Positions 37,717-49,842 of a DNA stretch of 50,648 bases are shown here, one piece after another. The position numbers and the translations under genes were made by a program. The notes under the pieces were generated by a model. It was not told the DNA's origin and made no database searches. It saw only the letters and a program-made list of their open reading frames with translations. The stretch comes from Octopus bimaculoides (Eukaryota): assembly GCF_001194135.2 (NCBI RefSeq), contig NC_068993.1:7995318-8045965 (forward strand), in the 5' to 3' direction. Positions within the stretch are counted from its first letter, which is position 1. Every line of letters starts with the position of its first letter.

Positions 37717-39178
37717 NNNNNNNNNNNNNNNNNNNNNNNNNNNNNNNNNNNNNNNNNNNNNNNNNNNNNNNNNNNNNNNNNNNNNNNNNNNNNNNNNNNN
37801 NNNNNNNNNNNNNNNNNNNNNNNNNNNNNNNNNNNNNNNNNNNNNNNNNNNNNNNNNNNNNNNNNNNNNNNNNNNNNNNNNNNNNNNNNNNNNNNNNNNN
37901 NNNNNNNNNNNNNNNNNNNNNNNNNNNNNNNNNNNNNNNNNNNNNNNNNNNNNNNNNNNNNNNNNNNNNNNNNNNNNNNNNNNNNNNNNNNNNNNNNNNN
38001 NNNNNNNNNNNNNNNNNNNNNNNNNNNNNNNNNNNNNNNNNNNNNNNNNNNNNNNNNNNNNNNNNNNNNNNNNNNNNNNNNNNNNNNNNNNNNNNNNNNN
38101 NNNNNNNNNNNNNNNNNNNNNNNNNNNNNNNNNNNNNNNNNNNNNNNNNNNNNNNNNNNNNNNNNNNNNNNNNNNNNNNNNNNNNNNNNNNNNNNNNNNN
38201 NNNNNNNNNNNNNNNNNNNNNNNNNNNNNNNNNNNNNNNNNNNNNNNNNNNNNNNNNNNNNNNNNNNNNNNNNNNNNNNNNNNNNNNNNNNNNNNNNNNN
38301 NNNNNNNNNNNNNNNNNNNNNNNNNNNNNNNNNNNNNNNNNNNNNNNNNNNNNNNNNNNNNNNNNNNNNNNNNNNNNNNNNNNNNNNNNNNNNNNNNNNN
38401 NNNNNNNNNNNNNNNNNNNNNNNNNNNNNNNNNNNNNNNNNNNNNNNNNNNNNNNNNNNNNNNNNNNNNNNNNNNNNNNNNNNNNNNNNNNNNNNNNNNN
38501 NNNNNNNNNNNNNNNNNNNNNNNNNNNNNNNNNNNNNNNNNNNNNNNNNNNNNATATATAAAGAGAGAGAGAGACAGAGAGAGATGAACTCGAACAGGCA
38601 CACATTTTTAAATACATTAAGTGAACTATCACATTTTTTTGCAAAGCACGTTCTCATGTAAATCTATTTCACAATTCAAACCGATAAACACTAATCTTAA
38701 AATTTCATTTTTCTTCTACAGCAACTTCAGAAAAGGAACAACTATGTCGTGCTTTCTTTCAGGTTCCTTTCTTCTTTCTTTATATTATTATTGAAAATAT
38801 TACCTATTCTTTAAAAAATCATTTGTATATTATGGTATATTAAATTCTCGCGTATTCAAACCTTGGGTATCTATGGTTAAACGTTTGAGAACGTTGGTCA
38901 ATAAAGTATTTATTCCTTCTGCTATACCATCTACTTGAAAAAATAAGGACTCTTCGTTGCCACTGATCTCATGCCAAAGTTTGTGAACTAATGAACGCGG
39001 TGAGAAATCGTTTTAAGATTATAATCAACGACACGTTATCTCCAGGTCCTATATAAAAATAAAATTGTACTTCATTTTTCTTATTGTGATCATATTCAAC
39101 ATTATAAAAAATGTTTATATATATCTCCATATCCTATATATGAAACGAATGTATTTAATTGTTTGTATTGTTTGTTGT

Positions 39179-39375
39179 GATCCCCTTCGGTCATGAATGA
39201 CCATGGGATTGCACCTAAAAAGCTACTCTCCGAAGGACAAGTCTGCGCAAAGTTGTTTATGGGAGACCAGCAGTCGCCCATGCATACCAGCCTCCTCTCT
39301 GTATGCCACCGATGTTATCCAAGGGAAAGGCAAAGGCTGATACAGCTTGGCACCAGTGACGTCGCGCAGCTCGTT
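39179..39375 (-). mobile_element. SINE/LINE-tail-like repeat, family D (3' portion)
   Basis: A GC-balanced ~200 bp block whose minus strand ends GGTGCAATCCCATGGTCATTCATGACCGAAGGGGATC. It resembles an abundant octopus retroposon end from memory; there is a single copy here. Confidence 0.45.
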
Positions 39376-40024
39376 ATATATATATATATNNNNNNNNNNN
39401 NNNNNNNNNNNNNNNNNNNNNNNNNNNNNNNNNNNNNNNNNNNNNNNNNNNNNNNNNNNNNNNNNNNNNNNNNNNNNNNNNNNNNNNNNNNNNNNNNNNN
39501 NNNNNNNNNNNNNNNNNNNNNNNNNNNNNNNNNNNNNNNNNNNNNNNNNNNNNNNNNNNNNNNNNNNNNNNNNNNNNNNNNNNNNNNNNNNNNNNNNNNN
39601 NNNNNNNNNNNNNNNNNNNNNNNNNNNNNNNNNNNNNNNNNNNNNNNNNNNNNNNNNNNNNNNNNNNNNNNNNNNNNNNNNNNNNATATATTGGATACCT
39701 TCAAGTGAAAGAAAGGTTTACAAAATATATTTTTTTATTTCCGCAAAGTTATTCAAGGTATGTCATTTGGAGTAACATATTGGGTGATTGGTGATTGAAT
39801 GAAATAATTCCATTATATTAGCGATACCTTTCAGAAACTAGCTAATTAAATTATTGTCCAAAACGCTGCTAATAACCCAAATATGTACCATCGCCTGTTA
39901 AATTGAAAAGTCAAGTTCTATATTCACTGAAGCATCATGAGCTGCAGTTAGTTTCAGCAAACACCAGGGGAAATCATGACAGTAGCAGATGATTATATCA
40001 TTAGTATTGATATTATGCCACATC

Positions 40025-40790
40025 TTATTTGTTACTCTTTTACTAGCTACAGGTCGAGAACTGTGGCCCTGCTGGGGCACCACTAACTTTGATTGACCCT
40101 CTTTTAATACTTAGTATTTGTTGAATGAGGAAATGTTATGCAACTTCCCCATTTCCGCTCCATGTCGCTCAACTAGGACCCTTCACAGTAGGAGATCCAG
40201 TTTAATCTTGAAGAGTTTTACATCCACAGCATGGAAGTTTTTCAGCTTCTTTAGAGGGATGTTTCAGAGCTGTGGGCTCTTGAATCTCAGGCTATTGCAA
40301 TATTTGGCCATGTATTGTGACAGCAGTCTTCAGATTTTACGCATTATGCACCGACACCCTGTTCCTGTGTTTGTTTTACTTTCAACGCTATAGTTTGAGA
40401 GATGTACTTCCAGGATCTTCCTGGTGTATACTGCAGCATGCCTTTCGCACCTCGTTCAATGGACTACAGGGTTAACCTCTTGAGTCTTTCAGAGTAGCTA
40501 GTTTGCTACATGCAGCATACTCTATGGATTGTTTCGAGTTCCTCTACTCACTACTCATGTCAATGCCTAGGTCAAAAACTAGCTGTGATTCTAAAACTGT
40601 AATCCTTCCACACCCAATATATTTCATCTGCATAGCATTTAACTTTGATAAAAGTATAGTGTTGAAACTTTCAAGAATTAAACTGCATATTATCATTGTC
40701 AGCCCACTTGTATATTGAATCAAACTGTTTTTAAGGGAGCTTGCCCTCTGAAATTTAAGTTCTTTGTCCACAAAGGATTCATATAAATCA
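40025..40790 (-). mobile_element. CR1-group LINE, 3' end of ORF2 plus 3' terminus
   Basis: Minus-strand peptides QFDSIYKWADNDNMQFN, VFDLGIDMS, SYSERLKRL.L*SIER, VYTRKILE and YCNSLRFKSPQL..IP....KLFKIKLDLLL follow the canonical CR1 C-terminal order. Confidence 0.8.
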
Positions 40791-40860
40791 AAGAACCTCG
40801 CTAATATTTAGCTCCTGTTTAAAGCATAGAAATTTCTTTCATACTTTTATAAAAGAAGAT

Positions 40861-41054
40861 AAGGTGGTGAGCTGGTAGAATCGTTAGCAGGATTTCGTCC
40901 GTCGCTACGTTCTGAGTTCAGATTCCGCCGAGGCTGATTTTGCCTTTTATCCTCTCGAGGTCGATGAAATAAGTACCAGTCGATTACTGGAGTCAACATA
41001 ATAGACTTACTGCTCCCCAAAATTGCTAGCCTTGTGCCAACTTTGAAATCAGTA
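40861..41054 (+). mobile_element. SINE family A with a 21-bp head deletion and an 11-bp TSD
   Basis: GGTGGTGAGCTGGTAGAATCGTTAGCAGGATTTCGTC. TTATAAAAGAA occurs at 40847-40857 and 41055-41065. Confidence 0.85.
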
Positions 41055-41857
41055 TTATAAAAGAAAACTTCATCTCAAATATAATCACTTCAAATGTTCC
41101 ATCACAGCCCTAGAGACGTCATTTACAGGTAGATATGAAAATTGAAAACATATTGTTATATAAAACAATACAGTTAGAGATGATAGGGAACTGAGAGCAG
41201 AAATTATATTGAATTAATGTTGTTGTTGTTAGAGATGGTATTGGTGATAGTATAGTATAGTAGCAAAACAAAACTGATAGACTAGACCTCTGATCAATAC
41301 TTGTCCATCTTTTCCCAAGTGACCATCCCAAATCAATCGTTTAGAAAATGCTATTATAATGATATGGTCATTTGTAGACATAGTTTTTAGATTTTCAATA
41401 AATACTTTCAGGTATCAAAATGAAAATATAATACGTTATACCAAATATATTCAATACATTAACTCCCTTCTTCTTATCAATGCTATATTATATACACAGA
41501 GATTTAGGAAAATAATATATATATGCACACATTCTGCATTCCTGCATGTGTGTTTAAGCATTATTTTGTGTAGGTGTCATGAGTGAAGCTGTGTCTGTGT
41601 GAACAATAGACATTTATTTAAACAAAATCTACATTGTCATCTCTCTCGACTACTCCTTGTCATTTAAGCAATATGTATGTGTTTGTACATGTCTGTGTGT
41701 GTCTAGATGTGTATTGTATTATGCATAGGTATTCATATATATATATATATATATANNNNNNNNNNNNNNNNNNNNNNNNNNNNNNNNNNNNNNNNNNNNN
41801 NNNNNNNNNNNNNNNNNNNNNNNNNNNNNNNNNNNNNNNNNNNNAGAGATATGTAGG

Positions 41858-41892
<35 letters not shown>

Positions 41893-41894
<2 letters not shown>

Positions 41895-42130
41895 CTTCCG
41901 ATGGTCGTCCCTTGTCGTGGTGGAAGAGCTCGTGTGTTTCAATCATTCTGAGAGCGATACCGTGTACGGTCTTAGACTCCTGGTAGGGCCAACCATGGCA
42001 GCAAGATCGAGGATGAGGTCCCAGATTAAACGCGACCAAACTCCAGCATCAAGACCTCAACGGCGGAGCAAGCGGAGGAGAGTTATCTCAAGCCTTCAAG
42101 GATTGACTCCGGTGGAAGAGGGCAATAGAG
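41893..42130 (+). mobile_element. RTE-clade LINE 5' UTR-like fragment
   Basis: CCTTGTCGTGGTGG...TGTGT...CTGAGAGC.AT.CCG...CTCCTGGTAGGGCCAACCATGGC...AAGACCTCAACGGCGGAGC resembles the 5' region of RTE/Expander-type elements as I recall it. Confidence 0.5.
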
Positions 42131-42510
42131 TACACAATACTTTGAAAGATAAACATAAGACAACCAGAGTCTTATGGCCAGTGATAGACAGGTGCCTGCT
42201 TTTCAAAGCGATTTAATTTCATTTTTACTGAACTTGGCCTCGAAAAATAGCTTCATATAATTCGACACGATATTAAAATTTTAAATTAAAGTACATGCAA
42301 ATTATTAGCATTACAACACGTGGCCAAACATCAGCTGCTTGATTTCAATGAAGACCAAGCGTTTTTGTGACATACAGCAAAAGAGGGTCTGTGCCACTTA
42401 TACCGTTTAAAGCTATTTCGTTAGTCTCAATGCTGTTGATGTTAATGTTCCACCCTCCAAGTGAAACAACCGTTCCGGTGAGAAATCCATGCTGATGCAT
42501 GAACTTAAGA

Positions 42511-42566
<56 letters not shown>

Positions 42567-43182
42567 GTCTCATATGTCGAGAGGACTCAAAGGTATTCTT
42601 GAGGCGCAACCACATATCATAATGAACTAAAAAAATTAAATAAATACAAACACACACACACACACACGCACACACAAACACACATATATATATATTTCGG
42701 TCGAATGGTTTGTTATACATACATATATATATANNNNNNNNNNATATATATTCATTGGTGAATGTATGCGTGTTTATGTGAGCGTATGCCTGCACCGAAG
42801 CCTGTTTTCCTGTAATACTAGTTTAACAGTGTTGTTAACGCGCGCGTGCGCGCGTGTGTGTGTGTTTACATGCGTATTTGTGAGTGTATGTTTGTATGTG
42901 CCTCTATGTACACACATTGAAGGGAAAGCAAGAGTTAGAAAGTTAAATATACTTTCGATGTGTGTGTGTGTATGTATATCACACAAATTGTAAGTGTATG
43001 TAAGAGACGTTCCTCACGTTTGCTAATTAAACAGCATTGGAAAATTAATTATCAGAAACCTAAGTTGACATTTAAAACACGCATTTACCATTGACTTAAT
43101 ATTAAACAAATTACAGAAAAATAAAAGAAAAAAAACAAGAATGACACCTATATTGATTATAAATAGCATACACAAAGAAGCA

Positions 43183-43220
<38 letters not shown>

Positions 43221-43588
43221 ACACATATATATNNNNNNNNNNNNNNNNNNNNNNNNNNNNNNNNNNNNNNNNNNNNNNNNNNNNNNNNNNNNNNNNNNNN
43301 NNNNNNNNNNNNNNNNNNNNNNNNNNNNNNNNNNNNNNNNNNNNNNNNNNNNNNNNNNNNNNNNNNNNTTACAATAGAAGAGGCTTATAAATAGGCTCAG
43401 AATTTGTGATATATTGCCGTAATTCTTTCCGAGAAATTGTCCAGGCTCCAGCATGTATGCAAGTATGTTCTTGTTGACTTTGATAGTCTTTGCAGTCAAC
43501 GCCTGCGCCGCTGTCTGACAATCATTTCCTCTCGCTGATTATACACACGTACACACACATACAGACACGCATACACATACACAACATT

Positions 43589-43629
<41 letters not shown>

Positions 43630-44189
43630 GTATATATATACACATACACGTATATATATATACGCATATATACACATATATGTATATGTACATACCTACT
43701 CATACACTCATATATATTTATATATATTTATGTATATATACATTTATCTGTGCGTGTGTGTGTGTATCGAGAAAAAGAATGCTCATTAGTAAATTAATTA
43801 AGATTTCATATGTGTCCGTGTTTGTGTGTGTGTTTGTGTTTGGGTGTGTGCATGTGTGTGTCGGTGGGTGGAGGAACTAGCGTCTCTTACGCTATGAGGA
43901 TGTACTTTCACGTGTAGAGATGTATCTATTTACGAAAGCGTTCCTGCACCACTGTGTGCGCTGATGTTATTCTTGGTGGTAGTTTATAGCCGTCTCCTAT
44001 AGAGTCTCCAAGAGATGTTCCTTTAGTAATTAGACAAGTAGCGAGGAATGATCTTCGCGTTTATTGTTTCTATTTTATTGGTATTATCACCGTTATTAAT
44101 ACTAAACTTGGTACCATTATTCTGCCATTTTCCCCTCATTTCTTTTTCTCCTTCTTTAACTGCCACCTCTTATTGCTATTATCCAAGGA

Positions 44190-44297
44190 GGAGAGCTGGA
44201 AGAATCGTTCGCGCGTTGGACCAAACGCTTAACGGTATATCGCCCGTCATTACGTTCTGAGTTCAAATTCCACTGAGGTCGACTTTGCCTTTCAACC
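44190..44297 (+). mobile_element. SINE family A head (5' half), joined to a Tx1-like LINE
   Basis: GAGAGCTGGAAGAATCGTT...TTACGTTCTGAGTTCAAATTCCACTGAGGTCGACTTTGCCTTTCA. Confidence 0.85.
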
Positions 44298-45350
44298 TAA
44301 ATGGAACGCTATTTTCGATGCACGTGTGGATGGGTGGGTCTAGCGGATAGGAAAGGTGGGTGCGGAAGCCTCGCAAACCTCGTTTCCACCTACGGACAGG
44401 TTCAGTCTGGATTTCCGGAATGCTCCACTGTGGACATGGGCAAACAACATCGAATCATCCAGATCTTATCTATATAGCGTATTTTGTAGGCCAGCAGATA
44501 GGAATAGCATAGGTTGTCCACAATTTGAATTCGTCAACTACACTGACCACAAATTTGTGATCTGTACGGTTGAACTAGAAAAGCTCCATAGGCAGGGACC
44601 CGGATACTGGAAGTTGAACGCGTCTTTCCCAGCGCGTCAAGCTTTCAGAGACCGGCATAGCCAGTTAGTCCATCGAAAGTTGACGGCTGCAGTTGTCAAC
44701 AACTGATGGTGGGGAGCCCTAAAACGGGTGATTAGAGTAGAAGCTGTAGAATTTAGCAGAGGACTAGCGATAGAGAAGAATAAAATAGAGGGAGACCTGG
44801 TTAGGAAATTTGAAGAGGCACTCATTAGAGACATAGCGACCGACATGCTGGCAGCGAGATTGTTTCTGAATCAATTCTTCAAAACCGAGCATGAAGGTTT
44901 CATTGTCAGAGCTAGGGCGCGTGCTCTGAAGCAGGAGGGAACAAAAGCTGTTCGATGGGTGCAACGTGGTAATAAAACAACAATTCGGTCTTTGAGCGGT
45001 CGGGACGGGCGCATGCTACACGAGTCGAAGCGGCACTTTGCTGAACTGTACGGGATGCGCGGTGGCCCTGATGCGGAGGTGAACTTCACTTCTTCTCTTG
45101 ATGGTATGCCACGGCTTTCGGCCAGGAACGTGGTGTTCTTTAGAAGCCGTTGGTGTTAAGGGGTCCAAAGTGCGTGAGGTCTGTTTGGTCACCTTACGGT
45201 AGAGCACTCCCTATCGGGGAAGCATACTGGTGATTTAACCCCTTTGTTAATCGTTGAGTTCATTTGCTGTTTACACGTATAATCTCACTGTCCCTCGTCT
45301 GTGTTTCGTCCTCTATGTTTTGTGCTCGGCCCTGGTGGCCAATAAAGAAA
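44298..45350 (+). mobile_element. L1/Tx1-clade LINE relic: C-terminal half of the APE endonuclease and linker, then a probable 3' UTR; no RT
   Basis: One frame from 44302 reads WNAIFDARVD...WTW...SRSYL...YTDHK...GPGYWKLN...*WWGALK...FIVRARAR, with stops near 44332 and 44704. These are L1/Tx1 ORF2 motifs. A pyrimidine-rich tail ends in GGCCAATAAAGAAA at about 45350. Confidence 0.85.
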
Positions 45351-45357
45351 GTATTAG

Positions 45358-45367
45358 TATTGCTGTT

Positions 45368-45422
<55 letters not shown>

Positions 45423-45490
45423 CAGCAGTAGTAGTAGTAGTAGTATTTGTTGTTGTTGTTGTTATTGTTGTGCTTGTTATTATTATTGTC
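45358..45490 (+). repeat. (TAG)n-(TTG)n-(TTA)n compound repeat
   Basis: Directly visible. Confidence 0.95.
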
Positions 45491-45857
45491 AGGATGCCGG
45501 CAGCAGTTTTTGCTCACATTTACGTGTCTGTTTCTAATAATTAAGAGTATATTGATCATTATATAAAAGTTGATTCTAATTAAAAATCAGAACCGATATG
45601 TTTGGCGGAAGCAGTAACTTTGTCTGTAAATGTACACCATAATGACGTCAACGATATTATTGCAGAGAATTCTCCGACACTTCGACTTCATCCATACTTT
45701 CCCGTTTTGTCATTGCCAATATTTTTTCAATTCCTCTCCCCTTCTCCTCCTCTTTCTTCTTGCTCCATTTCTTCTTGCTCCATTTCTTCTTCGTTTTTCT
45801 TTTTTACCTTTTTCTTCTTCTCTCGCTACTCCCCTTGTTCTGCTTATTCTCCTTCTT

Positions 45858-45861
45858 CATG

Positions 45862-45921
<60 letters not shown>

Positions 45922-46200
45922 TTTTTCTCCTTGTAACTTTTCATCTCTTCTTTCTCTTTTCATCATTCTATTTTGTAGTTTTCCTTCTTTAATCCTCTCG
46001 TTCCTCTTTCGTTTCTTTTAATTTTTCTTTCCTTCGTCTTCTTTTTCTCCCTCTTTTCTCATTATCTTTTCTCCTTTCGTTTTGTATCTTGCTTTTTCTT
46101 ATTCCTCTTCATTGTTTCTCTTCTTCCTCCTCTTTATTTTCGTTCTTCTCTTCCTCAGCTAGATATCGCAATCCGTTCTCCATCTTTAACCTTTCTCTCT
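45858..46200 (+). repeat. (CAT)n followed by a long CT-rich low-complexity tract
   Basis: Directly visible. Confidence 0.9.
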
Positions 46201-46259
46201 GAGTGTTAGTTCACTATATAACGGCAGCGGAAATTCGGTAAATGTAACGGTGAAACTTT

Positions 46260-46292
<33 letters not shown>

Positions 46293-46547
46293 TTTTTCTC
46301 CTTGTAACTTTTATCCAGTCGTTCGATATCCAAACTTTCCTCACTTATGAGGTTATATAAAAATACTGGAAACAAATAGAGCTATTAACCGATTCCGCAA
46401 GGAAGAATGCACCACCCCCATTTAAGAGGGCTAAGAAAGTGTTCCTACGTTTGATAGAAACAGTGAATGTTGTGTGAACTAAATTAAGACAGGTATTATC
46501 TCGTTAAAGTTTTCATAGTGTGTAGTCAGAAGTTTGCTTCTCCATTA

Positions 46548-46837
46548 TATGGTTACGGTTTCAGTCTCACTGCGTGGCACTTTGGGCAAGCGTCTTTTTC
46601 TATAGCCTCGGGTCGACCAATGCATTCTGAGTAGATTTGGTAGACAGAAACTGAATGGAAACCCGTTATATGTGTGTATGTATGTATGTATGTATGTATG
46701 TATATGTATGTATGTATGTATGTATGTATGCACGTATGCATATATATATATGTGTATACATCTATGTATATGCATTTAGTTGTGTGTGTGTGTGTATCTG
46801 CGTGTGTATGTGTTTGTGAGTATGTGCATGTGCGTGT

Positions 46838-46873
<36 letters not shown>

Positions 46874-47140
46874 CTGTATGTGCGTGTATGTGTGTGTAAG
46901 TGTGTGTAAGTGTGTGTGCCTGCGGGTCTTTGTGTCTGTGTTTTCCGCCATTATAACTTGAGAACGGGTGTGTTAATGTCCTCGCAACTTAGCGCCTCAT
47001 TAAAAGAGATCGACAGAATGACTATCATGCTTTTAAGAAAAGATAAGTACTGCAGTCGATTCGCTCGCCTCTAGTACTTATCTTTCAAGGTTGTGACCCA
47101 ACATGGCTGCAATCTAATGACTGAAAAACGTAGAAGACAG
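46548..47140 (+). mobile_element. SINE family B, near-complete, with an expanded internal microsatellite (~46670-46930)
   Basis: The 5' half (GGTTTCAGTCTCACTGCGTGGCACTTTGGGCAAG...GATTTGGTAGACAGAAACTGAA) is followed by (TATG)n/(TG)n. The 3' half (AACTTAGCG...AAAAGAGATCGACAGAAT...ATAAGTACTGCAGTCGATT...CCAACATGGCTGCAATCTAATGACTGAAA) follows. Confidence 0.8.
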
Positions 47141-47276
47141 ACGATAAAAGGGAAGGTAAACATTTTGGAATGGATTGGGAAAATTCTATCCTTCAGTTAA
47201 TTTGGTGACTGGTGATTAAAAATATGGCTTGGATACGTAGGTCGGAATAAATGGGTCTGCCTTTAATAATAATGTT

Positions 47277-47505
47277 TTACAAGCCCGATAATTTTAGAGG
47301 AGGGCGCAAATAGATTACATTGACCCTAGATCCCAAGTCGTTCTTATATTATCAACCCCGGATGGGATGAAAGGCAAATTTGACCTCGGTAATATTTGAA
47401 CTCCGTATGTAAAAAGCCAGTCGGAATAAATATCAGAAGGGTTTTTTCCCCCTCCTCTTCCGACTCGAACGGTTCTGCCAATAGTGACATTCCTATTAAT
47501 ATTCA
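47277..47505 (-). mobile_element. SINE family A, diverged copy
   Basis: GATTACATTGACCC...ATCAACCCCGGATGGGATGAAAGGCAAATTTGACCTCGGTAATATTTGAACTC is the reverse-complement family-A core. Confidence 0.7.
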
Positions 47506-47529
47506 TTATTCCTACCTTCTGTCAATCGT

Positions 47530-47650
47530 ATACAAGAGTTGGAGTAAGGGCTAATATCGATTTAATCGATGCCAATATGTATATATTTCATCGAGACATG
47601 GGGGAAGAAAGAGCCAATTTGACCCCTGGTTACATTTGAACTGGGAACGC
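47530..47650 (-). mobile_element. SINE family A, very decayed fragment
   Basis: TCGATTTAATCGAT...TTTCATCGA...AATTTGACCCCTGGTTACATTTGAACTG. Confidence 0.4.
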
Positions 47651-48339
47651 CATTACACAATGTAAGGAATTTTTAGAGCATATTTCTGCCGTTTTATCAA
47701 TTGGTGATCTTTACAGATTATTCATTATGATCAGTCCGATCGTATCCGCCATAAAGCAATACGTTTAACGCGTTGAAACAGCGATTACAGGATATCTGTT
47801 ACACGCATTTGCATATAATTACATAGTGACCACATCAACGTTCGGTTAAATTATAGACCTGTATCTCGAAGATATGGATTGCACAATGAAATAACACCGG
47901 TAAAGAACTCGCAATTTACGCTTACAACGATCGCTACAACTTCCAATATCGCCATTAATCAAACGGCGAATTACAGTAGCGAGATAATATTTGCGTATGG
48001 ATTAATGTATTGTTATATCTACTAAACATAGGACAATGAAATACGGTGAATGTTTTCAAACAGGTTTTATAAATATAAGGACGCTCCTGTTTTCTTGAAA
48101 TGGAAATAAAATACGGATGATGATACGGCAAATACATATATGGCTCAATATAACGTTTAGTAACAATACAAGGTGATAAAACAGGCGGCTAAGTTCTCAA
48201 TCATTTTACAGCTCTATAGTTTTCATCGCTCCTTCACTGCATGGGAAAGTGATGGAAGATACGTAAGAATTATTTACATTCAGGTAATGTATGAATAAGT
48301 ATAAATACACTCGCGCGGGGGCCCAGATACACACACGTG

Positions 48340-48396
48340 CATTTACATACACACAGGTATGTACGTACGTACGCACACACATACACGCGTGTATAT

Positions 48397-48439
<43 letters not shown>

Positions 48440-48876
48440 NNNNNNNNNNNNNNNNNNNNNNNNNNNNNNNNNNNNNNNNNNNNNNNNNNNNNNNNNNNNN
48501 NNNNNNNNNNNNNNNNNNNNNNNNNNNNNNNNNNNNNNNNNNNNNNNNNNNNNNNNNNNNNNNNNNNNNNNNNNNNNNNNNNNNNNNNNNNNNNNNNNNN
48601 NNNNNNNNNNNNNNNNNNNNNNNNNNNNNNNNNNNNNNNNNNNNNNNNNNNNNNNNNNNNNNNNNNNNNNNNNNNNNNNNNNNNNNNNNNNNNNNNNNNN
48701 NNNNNNNNNNNNNNNNNNNNNNNNNNNNNNNNNNNNNNNNNNNNNNNNNNNNNNNNNNNNNNNNNNNNNNNNNNNNNNNNNNNNNNNNNNNNNNNNNNNN
48801 NNNNNNNNNNNNNNNNNNNNNNNNNNNNNNNNNNNNNNNNNNNNNNNNNNNNNNNNNNNNNNNNNNNNNNNNNNNN

Positions 48877-48907
<31 letters not shown>

Positions 48908-49801
48908 CATGTCAGTCTATCTATATGTGTGTGTATGTGTGTATGTTCGTATGTATGTGTGTATATATATACGTGTGTGTGTCTGTGAGTGTGTGTCTGT
49001 AAACGTGAAATCTGGAGCGTATGGGTGTACGTGTGTGTGTGTGTGTGCGTGGTGTGTGTATACGTAGGTATGTATGCATGTACATAAATACACGCATAAG
49101 CACACATATTGACATATATAAATTGCATATATTATATTAAATCATATAGATATACGTATGTGTGTGTGTACGTACCAATATATGCATATGTATATGTATG
49201 TATGTATGTATGTATAGATAGATAGATAGATAGATAAATAGATAAATAGATAGATATCAGTACGTGTATATATGTAAGTGTGTTGGCTTTATGTAAGTCT
49301 ATAGTTATGTCCATATGTATGAAAGTTTAAGCAGACACTCACATACATCAGGTATCAATAACAGATAACAAATAAATACATGTAAATATGCGAGAGTTTA
49401 TGTGTGTAGGTGTAAGTACATGTATATATATATATACATACGTTATTTGTATATCTACGTAAAACTGACGAACGAACACGAGAGAGAGAGACAGACAGAG
49501 ACTGAGAAAGTAGGAGAAAGATTGAGACAGAGGGAGAAGGACAGGAATAAATAAATGGAGACAGAGACATCTATATTAAAAGGAAGTACTGCTAGACGAA
49601 TTTTGATCTCGGTAATGAAAACTCAGAGCAACAGAAGAGACATTTTATTAAGTGAAATGAAGATATATATTTATGAGGCTGCAGAAGTATAGGCACGTCA
49701 TATATTCATGTATGTGTTGAAGTGTCTGGACACCAAGTCACATAACATATGCAACAAACATATGTTTGACCACATCTATATACGTATATATGTGTATATA
49801 T

Positions 49802-49842
<41 letters not shown>

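Noticed and set aside
38722-38762. Candidate 41-nt exon (ATSEKEQLCRAFFQ) after a strong acceptor
   Set aside because: The donor is weak (GTTCCT), the peptide is unrecognised and no partner exons could be linked; RNA-seq would be needed.
34722-40790. Idea that the two CR1-like pieces are one fragmented element
   Set aside because: They cover overlapping parts of ORF2 (both include the FN..KFQ region) and are in non-collinear order, so they are separate copies.
47730-48000. CpG-rich unique stretch as a possible enhancer or promoter
   Set aside because: CpG retention alone is weak evidence in invertebrate non-genic DNA, and there is no motif cluster or conservation data.
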